A DNA stretch of 64,000 bases from NCBI GenBank assembly GCA_963830105.1, contig CAWHLH010000003.1:648646-712645 (forward strand), written 5' to 3'. Below the pieces are notes generated by a model. That model ran no database searches, was not told the DNA's origin, and saw nothing but the letters and a program-made list of their open reading frames with translations. Position numbers and translations under genes: made by a program. Below, in pieces: positions 20,808 through 28,949 of this stretch; position 1 is the first letter of the stretch; each line of letters opens with the position of its first letter. This DNA is from an uncultured Gammaproteobacteria bacterium. Lineage in GTDB: Bacteria; Pseudomonadota; Gammaproteobacteria; DATFLG01.

Positions 20808-22120
20808 TGTTGCGAGCGACGCGTTCCCACCTGCTGCTCTATGGCCTGCCGGCCGCGCCCCTGGCGGTGGCCGGACTGCCGCTTTATGTGTACCTGCCGG
20901 GTTTCTACGTGGATCAGCTGGGCATGGGCGCGGCGCTGGTGGGCGCAGTGCTGCTGGCGGCCCGCCTGTGGGACATGGTCACCGACCCGCTGGTGGGCAT
21001 GTTGGCCGACCGGCTGCCGGCGCGCCTCGGCCGGCGCAAGCTGCTGATGGCCGCGGGCGCGCCGGTGATGCTGATCGGTGTGTGGCAGCTGTTCGTACCG
21101 CCGCCGGCGGCCGGGCCGTGGCACCTGCTGATCTGGAGCCTGGTGCTGTATCTGGGCTGGACCCTGGTGACGGTGCCCTATTACGCCTGGGGCGCCGAGC
21201 TCAGCGATCAGTATCACGAACGCACGCGCCTGAGTGCGAGCCGGGAAGCCTTCGTGATGATCGGTACGGTATGCGCATTGGGACTGCCGACGCTGATGGG
21301 TGCCGGCGGCGAGGCCGAGCGCGCGCTGCACACCCTCGCCTGGATCGCAATCCTCGCCCTGCCCGCCGCTCTGGCAGTGGCGCTGTTGCGGGTGCCCGAT
21401 CCGCCGGCCGCGGGCGGCGCACCGTTGTGGCGAGCGTCCTGGCGCACGCTGGCCGCCAACCGGCCATTCCTGCGGCTGCTGACTGCGTTCGTGCTCAACG
21501 GCATTGCCAACGGCCTGCCGGCGACCCTGTTCGTACTCTATGTGCGTTATGTGCTGGAAGCACCGCAGTGGACCGGACCCCTGCTGCTGGTCTACTTCCT
21601 GGCCGGGGCGCTCGGCCTGCCGCTGTGGGTGCGCATCGCCCGGCACCGGGAAAAACACAAGGTATGGGCACTGTCCATGGTGTGGGCCAGCATCGCCTTC
21701 CTGTGGGTACCGGCCCTGGGCAGCGGCGACACGACCGCGTTCCTGGTGATCTGTCTGCTCTCGGGTCTGAGCCTGGGCGCGGACATGGCACTGCCGGCGG
21801 CCATGCAGGCCGATGTGCTCGACTACGACCGCGCCCGCGGCGAGGAACGACCCGCCCTGCTGTTCGGACTGTGGGCGATGGCGGTCAAGCTGGCGCTGGC
21901 CCTGGCGGCGGGCATCGCCCTGCCGCTGCTGGAATGGACGGGCTTTCGCGCCGGCGCTGTCAATACGCCCACGGCGCTCACCGCATTGGCTCTGCTCTAC
22001 GGACTGCTGCCGGTGCTGCTCAAGCTCGGCGCGGTCAGCCTGGTGTGGCAGTTCCCCGTGGGCCGGCGCTGGCACCACGCCTTCCATACCCAACCGGCCT
22101 CCCATTCCGCTGCGGGGTGA
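20807..22120 (+). CDS. MFS transporter (MelB/GPH-like, MFS_2)
   Basis: About 12 TM segments, ARLWDMVTDPLVG, VPYYAWGAELS..YHERTRL and GLWAMAVKLALA. Confidence 0.85.
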   Translation: MLRATRSHLLLYGLPAAPLAVAGLPLYVYLPGFYVDQLGMGAALVGAVLLAARLWDMVTDPLVGMLADRLPARLGRRKLLMAAGAPVMLIGVWQLFVPPPAAGPWHLLIWSLVLYLGWTLVTVPYYAWGAELSDQYHERTRLSASREAFVMIGTVCALGLPTLMGAGGEAERALHTLAWIAILALPAALAVALLRVPDPPAAGGAPLWRASWRTLAANRPFLRLLTAFVLNGIANGLPATLFVLYVRYVLEAPQWTGPLLLVYFLAGALGLPLWVRIARHREKHKVWALSMVWASIAFLWVPALGSGDTTAFLVICLLSGLSLGADMALPAAMQADVLDYDRARGEERPALLFGLWAMAVKLALALAAGIALPLLEWTGFRAGAVNTPTALTALALLYGLLPVLLKLGAVSLVWQFPVGRRWHHAFHTQPASHSAAG

Positions 22121-22125
22121 ACGTC

Positions 22126-22671
22126 ATGACCATCACACGCCTGTTGTTTCCGCTGCTGGCCGCATTCGCGGCCGCGGGGTGCTCATCCATGGATATCCGC
22201 AACTTCGAGGGCTCCCAGCCGGAGTTTCGCATCGAAGATTATTTCGACGGCCAGAGCCGGGCCTGGGGCATGTTCCAGGACCGTTCGGGAAAGATACGGG
22301 CCCAGTTCACCGTCGACCTGAACGGCCAGTGGGAAGGCGACGAGTTCGTGCTGCGCGAGGACTTCCACTACCGGGACGGACGCCGCGAGCAGCGCATCTG
22401 GCGCATCCGCAAAGTCGATGCCCACCGCTACGAAGGCCGCGCCGGCGACGTGGTGGGCGTGGCCGAGGGTCGGGCGTGGGGGCAGGCGCTGAACTGGCGC
22501 TACACCCTGCGCCTGACCGTGGGCAAACGCCAATGGGACATGCACCTGGACGACTGGATGTTCCTGCAGCCGGACGGCGTGCTGATCAACCGGGCGGTGA
22601 TGCGCAAATTCGGGTTCAAGGTGGGCGAGATCACCATTGTCTTTCAACGGGGCGCGAGTGCCCTTAACTGA
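22126..22671 (+). CDS. DUF3833 family lipoprotein
   Basis: Lipobox AAAGC, EDYFDGQSRAWGMFQDRSG, EDFHYRDG, ALNWRYTL and DDWMFLQPDGVLINRAVMRKFG. Confidence 0.85.
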   Translation: MTITRLLFPLLAAFAAAGCSSMDIRNFEGSQPEFRIEDYFDGQSRAWGMFQDRSGKIRAQFTVDLNGQWEGDEFVLREDFHYRDGRREQRIWRIRKVDAHRYEGRAGDVVGVAEGRAWGQALNWRYTLRLTVGKRQWDMHLDDWMFLQPDGVLINRAVMRKFGFKVGEITIVFQRGASALN

Positions 22672-22694
22672 CGGAACAAACGGAGGCAGGCGAC

Positions 22695-23312
22695 ATGTGG
22701 CGATACGGGTTGATGGTCCTGACAGCCGCTTTCCCGCTCTGGGCGCAGTCGGCCGAGCCGCAGTTCCCGGAACGCATCGAGCTGGCCGACACCGAACTGG
22801 CCCTGGCGGGCAGCGGCACCTTCCGCTACCGCGGACTGTTCCGGGTGTACGCCGCGGCCTTCTACGTCAGCCCCGGCACCCCGCCCGCCCGGGTGCTGGC
22901 CGCCGACGTGCCCAAGCGCCTGGAGCTGGTCTACCAGCGCGCGGTGTCCCGCGAGGCGTTCATACAGGCCGGCGAAGCGGTGCTGGCCCGGACCCTCGCA
23001 CCACCGGCCCTGTCGAAGATCCGCCCGGCGCTGGACACCCTGCATCGCCACTACCGGGATGTAGCCGACGGCGACCGCTACAGCCTCACCTATCTGCCGG
23101 GGCGCGGCACCACCCTGCATCTGAACGGCCAGGCCCTGGTGACGCTGGACGATCCCGCTTTCACCGCCGCCTACTTCGCCATCTGGGTGGGAGGCGCGCC
23201 CATCGACGGCGCGCTGCGCAGACAGCTGCTGCAACGGCTGCCGTCCGAGCGCGCGAGCCTGCAGCCGACCGTCACCGTGCCGTCAGGCGGCGGCGCAGCC
23301 AGCGCAGGATGA
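22695..23312 (+). CDS. Chalcone isomerase-like (CHI-fold) secreted protein
   Basis: Signal peptide, LAGSGTFRYRGLFRVYAAAFY, LELVYQR, DVADGDRYSL and FTAAYFAIWVG. Confidence 0.8.
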   Translation: MWRYGLMVLTAAFPLWAQSAEPQFPERIELADTELALAGSGTFRYRGLFRVYAAAFYVSPGTPPARVLAADVPKRLELVYQRAVSREAFIQAGEAVLARTLAPPALSKIRPALDTLHRHYRDVADGDRYSLTYLPGRGTTLHLNGQALVTLDDPAFTAAYFAIWVGGAPIDGALRRQLLQRLPSERASLQPTVTVPSGGGAASAG

Positions 23313-23718
23313 CTCCCACCACCGGCAACTGCTCGTAGACCTGCTCGGCGGCATCCCAGTAGTCCACGTGCTCGGTCACGCGCCCGTCGGGTGAGAAGCA
23401 TACCCGGCTCACGCCCTCGATCCTGCGGGCGAGCCGTGGACGGAACCGGCGCAGGCGGAATTCGAACTGCCAGTGCATCAGCACCGCATTGTCCCCCACG
23501 GCCACATCCAGCACCCGGAAGCCCGGCTCGATGCAGGTGCGGTACATGTGCGCGAACACGGCGGTCATGGCGGCGACCCCGCGCACGTCGTTGAAAGGGT
23601 CCTTGAAGTGCACGTCCGCGGCCACATAACGGTCGAGGTCCGCGAGCGTGTGTTCCGTGAGCGCCTCGAAGAAACCGGCGTAGGCCCTTGCGCGATCGAC
23701 AAGGCCGGCGTCGGTCAC
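23272..23718 (-). CDS. Nuclear transport factor 2 / SnoaL-like protein
   Basis: YAGFFEALT, YVAADVHFKDPFNDVRG, GRVTEHVDYWDAAEQVYEQLP. GTGA overlap with the SDR gene. Confidence 0.85.
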   Translation of the reverse strand: MTDAGLVDRARAYAGFFEALTEHTLADLDRYVAADVHFKDPFNDVRGVAAMTAVFAHMYRTCIEPGFRVLDVAVGDNAVLMHWQFEFRLRRFRPRLARRIEGVSRVCFSPDGRVTEHVDYWDAAEQVYEQLPVVGVILRWLRRRLTAR

Positions 23719-24473
23719 GATCCCACCATGCGCCGGGTCAGCCCGAAGTACCAGCGGTATGGCAGGCACCGCAGCAGCTTCATCAATACCGCCATGCGCC
23801 AGGGAAACACAACCTCGAAGCGGGAGCGGCCCATGCCGGCCATGATCGCGCGGGCCGCCTGTTCAGGACTGATCAGAAAGGGCATGGGAAAGGCGTTTCT
23901 GGCGGTCAGCGCCGTCTTCACGAAGCCGGGGTTGATCACATGGATGGCGATCCCCGCCGCCGCCAGTTCGGGCTGCAGGGACTCGGCGAGGTTGATCAGC
24001 GCCGCCTTGGTGGCGCCGTAGGGTGCCGCCCGCGGCAGCCCCCGATAACCGGAAACGCTGGCGTTCACCCAGATCGAGCCCGTCCGCCGGGCCCGCATGC
24101 TGTCGAGCACAGCCGAGATGCCGTGCACCACGCCGAGGTAGTTGACCTCCATCAGCTGCCGGAACAGACCCGGATCGAAGGCCTCCAGCGGCATGGGCCG
24201 GTAGTCGCCGGCATTGAACACGGCGCAGTCCAACGGTCCCAGCTGCGCCTCGATACGCGCCGCCGTGGCGGCCATGGCGGGCAGATCGGTCACGTCCACG
24301 GGGAAGGGGTGCAGGCTTCCCGCATCCCGGCCGCCCTCGCTCGCCACCTGCGCGAGCCGCTCGGCGCCACGCCCGGAAATGGCGACCCGCCAGCCGTCGG
24401 CCGCCATGGCGAGCGCCAACGCCCGACCGATGCCACCGCTGGCCCCGGTGATCCACGCCACCTTGCCCGACAT
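23715..24473 (-). CDS. Short-chain dehydrogenase/reductase
   Basis: WITGASGGIG, NAGDY, VNYLG, catalytic YGATK and NPGFVKTALT. Start MSGKVA at 24473 with a GGAGG RBS. Confidence 0.92.
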   Translation of the reverse strand: MSGKVAWITGASGGIGRALALAMAADGWRVAISGRGAERLAQVASEGGRDAGSLHPFPVDVTDLPAMAATAARIEAQLGPLDCAVFNAGDYRPMPLEAFDPGLFRQLMEVNYLGVVHGISAVLDSMRARRTGSIWVNASVSGYRGLPRAAPYGATKAALINLAESLQPELAAAGIAIHVINPGFVKTALTARNAFPMPFLISPEQAARAIMAGMGRSRFEVVFPWRMAVLMKLLRCLPYRWYFGLTRRMVGS

Positions 24474-24522
24474 TCCGCGCACCTCCCAAAACGGCGCCCC
24501 GCCCACCAGCACCCGGGGTTAT

Positions 24523-24545
24523 TGTAGTACATTTGTCTAGGACAA
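24523..24545 (-). promoter_or_regulatory. Weaker putative TnnACA site upstream of SDR-SnoaL
   Basis: Minus strand reads TTGTCCTAGACAAATGTACTACA, with TAGACA and ACTACA 11 bp apart, about 50 bp upstream of the SDR ATG. Confidence 0.4.
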
Positions 24546-24608
24546 TAAAGCGACCGGCGGCGGGCCTCACGATACAGCCTCGGCGACGCCGGGCCGGGCA
24601 TGCGCAAA

Positions 24609-24637
24609 TTGACGGCACAAGCAGCAGACCGTAGAAT
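24609..24637 (+). promoter_or_regulatory. Sigma70 promoter for tRNA-Val
   Basis: TTGACG-17 bp-TAGAAT. Confidence 0.78.
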
Positions 24638-24653
24638 TCCACTGCTTCGAAAC

Positions 24654-24728
24654 GGGCGATTAGCTCAGCGGGAGAGCACTGCCTTCACACGGCAGGGGTC
24701 GCTGGTTCAATCCCAGCATCGCCCACCA
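24654..24728 (+). tRNA. tRNA-Val (CAC)
   Basis: GGGCGATTAGCTCAGCGGGAGAGCACTGCCTTCACACGGCAGGGGTCGCTGGTTCAATCCCAGCATCGCCCACCA. Confidence 0.96.
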
Positions 24729-24788
24729 ATTAAATCAGCAAGGTACAGACGCGCCCGCCATCTGTACGAAAAGCGATAGGAAAAAGTG

Positions 24789-24812
24789 AAAACCGCCTTC
24801 GGGCGGTTTTTT
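24789..24812 (+). terminator. Intrinsic terminator after tRNA-Val
   Basis: AAAACCGCC-TTCG-GGCGGTTTT followed by TT. Confidence 0.85.
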
Positions 24813-24966
24813 CATGTACAGCCGTAAAAGGGATAGGGCCTCAGCAACTGCTGTGCACGAGCCTGAGTCGACGGCTGGATGCGCTGCCGGGACAGATGGC
24901 AGCAGTGAAGAACTGACGCCGTCCGGGCCCTCCCAGTCGGCGCATAACTGTCCGCGGCAGAGACAT

Positions 24967-25663
24967 TCAGGCAGACGTCTTGTGACCGTCGCCGCCCACT
25001 TCCAGGAAAGAAGCGATTTGGTCACGCAGGAACTGATTTTCGTCTTCCAGCACAGCGACACACTGCTGCAGCTCAGGGTTGGTATGCTCGAGGCGCTCGA
25101 ATTCTTTATCCACGGACGGCCCCAGATCCTTTCGCCGTCCCACTTCGTTTAGCACGTCATGGATGTACTTCTTCAGGAACGAAATGGTGTGCTGCCTGGC
25201 GCTCGACCACGTCGGTAAGCCCGGGCTCGTCGTCTTGGCGCTGTTTGAGTGCCGTTGGGCCCGGTATCAGACCGTGGTCGCGAACCAGCCGCTCCAGACG
25301 CCCCGCCAACGCCCGCCAGAAGATCTCTGAGCGATCATCCTGCTGGCTCCATTCCTTATTCGAGTTGTAGTACCGCGGCTCGAAGGTCGAGCCAGAGCGC
25401 GATGTCCGACCCGCACTGGGCGTGACGCACCCGTGCTGATGTGCGCTCAAGCTCTCGAGCCAGGTATCTCGAGCCAGGTATTGGACGATGTCCAAGCGGG
25501 CGACTTGGGGTTCGGAGGGTACGGGCGTCCTTGGTTTGGAAAGAACAAGTTTCGCCTGGTTGGCGACGCGGTGCAGACGAATGAGCAGGTAGCCCGAGAA
25601 CGCCGCCAGCACGATAACCGCTTCAAGCAGCGCGAGGAGGCAATACAGTGTTTCCTGAACCAT
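24967..25663 (-). pseudogene. Membrane-anchored coiled-coil protein, frameshifted near 25190
   Basis: N-terminal TM segment (MVQETLYCLLALLEAVIVLAAFSGYLLI). A shift of one base continues into HTISFLKKYIHDVLNEV...LEHTNPELQQCVAVLEDENQFLRDQIASFL, a heptad pattern. Confidence 0.5.
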
Positions 25664-25944
25664 CGCAGTGTCCTTTTGCGGGGTCTGGCCTGTCGTGGTG
25701 ACAAGGCGGCCGCGGCAACGTTTGGGGCGCAGCCTTTGCACTTTCTTTGTCGGCTGTCCCGGCAAAAGCCGATTGACCCAAGTCAACTCACTGGTGAATG
25801 AGTCTTCCAAGAAAACATTATGTATTACACGGGCTTTAAGGTATGTGACTTGCATATGCGCTCCATGGCGTCGGGATACCGTCGCGAAGGTTGGGAAAGG
25901 CGGCTGCAAGCTTGCTGTTCTTGTCGTTACTCCGGAGAACTGAA

Positions 25945-27858
25945 ATGGATGCACGGAACAAGGACCTGCCGCTAACGCGGACCCGTCGCGCCGCCGACGC
26001 CAACCGCCACGCCCTTGCTCTCGCCCTGCAGCAGGCGGCGGTCGGCACGGTACTGACGGCCGCTGATGCCAATTTCACCGTGACCCACGCCAACAAGACG
26101 TTCTGCGAGCTGACCGGCCAAAGCGCTGATGCGCTGCTCGGGGAAGCCTTAGGGGAACTCTTGTTCCCGCAGGATGGCCGGTGCGGGGTGGTTCTCCGTG
26201 ACCTCATGGATGCCCGGCCTCCGTGGCGCGCGGAGGCGTGCCTGGGCACGTCCGACGGCTCCATTCCCATCCAGCTTACCGTCGCGGCAATCGTCGATGA
26301 GGACGGTACGACCAGCGGCTATGTGGCCACGTTCACGGACTTGCGCGGCATCAAGCAAGCCGAACAATGGAACCGCATGCTGTTGGAGGTGATCGAGGAC
26401 CTGTCCACAGAGCTTGATCTGGACACATTGGGGCGCAAAGCCGTGGGGGCTGCCGTTCGCCTCACCGCCGCAGAGATCGGCATGGCACCATTGTTCGACG
26501 CCGAAACGGGTCTGATCGTCCAGCGATGGGATGTCGGGCTGCCCCCCGATGCGTTTGCCGATGGTGGCCGGAGTTTTCCACGTACTGACGGGCTGACAAG
26601 CGTCGTCCTCGAGACCGGGGCCACTCAGCTTGTGGCGGACTACCCGAACTTCGAGCGGGCCATACCGGAGAATGTGCGGGCTGGTTTCAAGAGTGTCCTG
26701 ATGGTGCCGATCCGCGCCGGCGACCAGGTCGTGGGCGGATTGGCGGTTGTCAGCTGTAAGCGGGGGCATGAGTTTGGGGACGAGCATATCCCGGTCCTCG
26801 AGGCTATCGCCGACCAGCTTGGCGTCGCCGTCCACCGCCAGCGGCTTGTCGAGGGTCTGGTGGCGTCGGAAGCGCGGTTTCGCAAGGTCGTCGAAACAGT
26901 GCCCGACATACTTTTTGTTCTGGACCCCGATACCCTGAGTCCGACACTAGTCAGCCCCGCCGTGGAGGAACTGCTCGGTTTCACCCCCGAAGAGGTGGTG
27001 TCCGATCCGGAGCTATGGCGGCGCCAATTGCACGTTGACGACCGGAACCTGGTGCTCTCTGCACTGACACGTGCAATGGAAGGCGACAACGGTCTAAGCA
27101 TCGAGGGACGGTTGTGGCACAAGAATCTGGAGACGGTCAGGTGGTTTTCCATCCGGGTGGTAGCGGACCGCAACGACCAGGGGCGCTGCGTCGAGCTGGT
27201 TGGTGTGCTCAGGAACATCAGCGCCCGCAAGCACGCCGAACAGGTCCAGCTCGCCAGCATCGAGCACCAGCAGGAAACCCTGGTCAAAACCATCGAGTGC
27301 CTGGCGCGCGCGATGGAAAAGCGCGACCCATACACGTCCGGCCATCAGTATCGTGTCGCCCAACTGGCGGTCGCCATCGCGGAGAGCATGAACCTGGACA
27401 CCGAGCGTGTAGAGGGAATCCGGCTGGGCGCCCTGATCCATGATGTCGGCAAGATCTATGTGCCGGCCGAGATACTGAACCGCCCCGGGCGCTTGACGGA
27501 CGCCGAGTTCGCCCTGATCAGAACGCATTCGGAAGTGGGCTTTGAGATCGTGGAGGGGGTCGATTTCCCTTGGCCCGTCGCCGACATGATCCGCCAGCAC
27601 CATGAACGCTTCGACGGCTCCGGCTACCCGGATGGTCTTAAGGGTGAGGCCATATCGCTGGAAGCGCGGGTGCTGGCCGTGGCGGATGTCGTGGAGGCGA
27701 TGACCTCACACCGCCCCTACCGCCCGAGCCTGGGGATGGAGATAGCCCTTGAGGAGATCGTCAGCCATCGTGGAACGCGTTACGACCCCCATGTAGCCGA
27801 CGCCTGTCTGCGCGTGATCCGCGCCGAGGGTTTCCGGTTTGAAACCGATCGGGGCTGA
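25945..27858 (+). CDS. PAS-GAF-PAS-HD-GYP c-di-GMP phosphodiesterase
   Basis: ATG 25945 with a GGAG RBS. RDPYTSGHQYRVA, LIHDVGKI, HHERFDGSGYPDGL, LAVADVVEAMTSHRPYRP. Confidence 0.92.
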   Translation: MDARNKDLPLTRTRRAADANRHALALALQQAAVGTVLTAADANFTVTHANKTFCELTGQSADALLGEALGELLFPQDGRCGVVLRDLMDARPPWRAEACLGTSDGSIPIQLTVAAIVDEDGTTSGYVATFTDLRGIKQAEQWNRMLLEVIEDLSTELDLDTLGRKAVGAAVRLTAAEIGMAPLFDAETGLIVQRWDVGLPPDAFADGGRSFPRTDGLTSVVLETGATQLVADYPNFERAIPENVRAGFKSVLMVPIRAGDQVVGGLAVVSCKRGHEFGDEHIPVLEAIADQLGVAVHRQRLVEGLVASEARFRKVVETVPDILFVLDPDTLSPTLVSPAVEELLGFTPEEVVSDPELWRRQLHVDDRNLVLSALTRAMEGDNGLSIEGRLWHKNLETVRWFSIRVVADRNDQGRCVELVGVLRNISARKHAEQVQLASIEHQQETLVKTIECLARAMEKRDPYTSGHQYRVAQLAVAIAESMNLDTERVEGIRLGALIHDVGKIYVPAEILNRPGRLTDAEFALIRTHSEVGFEIVEGVDFPWPVADMIRQHHERFDGSGYPDGLKGEAISLEARVLAVADVVEAMTSHRPYRPSLGMEIALEEIVSHRGTRYDPHVADACLRVIRAEGFRFETDRG

Positions 27859-28304
27859 GAGGGCGTCCGGAGTCGCCAAACCACCGCCGGCGCCGATTGC
27901 CGCAGTATCGTCGATCACCACCACCAGCCGTGCCCGCACATCACCCGCACGCCGTATGACGACCCGAAGACCGGGTTGATCCAGCATTACTTGATCCGCG
28001 CCAATAAGCCACGCCCGGACCAGCCGCTACAATTCCCGGGTCGTCGGGCAACGTAGGCAGAGGAACAAGCCGACGGTGTCGCGACCCGCCGGCCGTACGA
28101 GTCCGGCCCCTCCGGCTCGCACCGGCTCGCACCGGCCCGCTCGCCTGTTCCGCCGAAACCACGCAGAGCAGGTAGAGAGTCTGCAACTGTCGCCCGGCCC
28201 ATGCGACGAAATGCCCCGGCCACCGTGCCGGGGCGCCTGTTTTCAGAGGGGCTTCGGCCTGCCGGCACAAGCCAGCCATAGAACCCGACGCGGAAGACCC
28301 GGCC

Positions 28305-28949
28305 TCAAACGATGTCGTGGTTCAAGGCGTAATGGGTCAACTCGGCATTGTTCTTCATGCCCATCTTCACCAGCAGCCGGGTCCGGTAGGTGCTGATGGT
28401 CTTCACGCTCAGACACACCCGCTCGGCAATCTGCGAAACCGTCATCCCCGAAGCGATCATCCGCAGCACGTCGAACTCCCGGTCGGAAAGACGCTCGTGG
28501 GGAAGTCCCGCGGCGGGCTTTTCCAGCTCCTGCGCCAGGCGTTCGGCCAGCGAGGCGCTGATGTAGCGCCCTCCGCGCACCACCTTGCGGACCGCCTCCA
28601 CGAGTTCCATCGGCGCCGACTCCTTGGTCATGTAACCGGCCGCGCCCGCCCGAATCGCTCGCAACGCGTATTGCTCCTCCGGGTGCATGCTCAGAATCAG
28701 CACCGGCGTCGACAGCCCCGCACTCTTGATCTTGTGCAGCACGTCTATGCCGCTTCGACCCGGCAACGACACATCCAGCAGCACAACGTCCCACTCCCTG
28801 TCGTGGAGCAGGGCGATCGCCTCCTCTCCGGACTGCGCCTCTCCAATGCTGGCCGAGCCCAGCTGCGCCTGGAGAAGGAATTTCAGCCCCTCACGCACAA
28901 TCGCGTGATCGTCGACGATCAGAATCCGTGGGTCAGGCATGCGCACCAT
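28305..28949 (-). CDS. NarL/UvrY-family response regulator (REC-LuxR HTH)
   Basis: ILIVDDHAIVREG, VLLDVSLPG, GYMTK and LSDREFDVLRMIASG..VSQIA...LSVKTISTYR. Start at 28949 or 28940. Confidence 0.92.
   Translation of the reverse strand: MVRMPDPRILIVDDHAIVREGLKFLLQAQLGSASIGEAQSGEEAIALLHDREWDVVLLDVSLPGRSGIDVLHKIKSAGLSTPVLILSMHPEEQYALRAIRAGAAGYMTKESAPMELVEAVRKVVRGGRYISASLAERLAQELEKPAAGLPHERLSDREFDVLRMIASGMTVSQIAERVCLSVKTISTYRTRLLVKMGMKNNAELTHYALNHDIV

Noticed and set aside
27706-27987. 93-aa minus-strand ORF overlapping the HD-GYP 3' end
   Set aside because: Overlaps a well-supported gene in antisense, with no RBS or recognisable domain.
28111-28140. Short tandem repeat CCGGCTCGCA (about 3 copies)
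   Set aside because: Short, imperfect and GC-rich in intergenic DNA, with no evidence of function.
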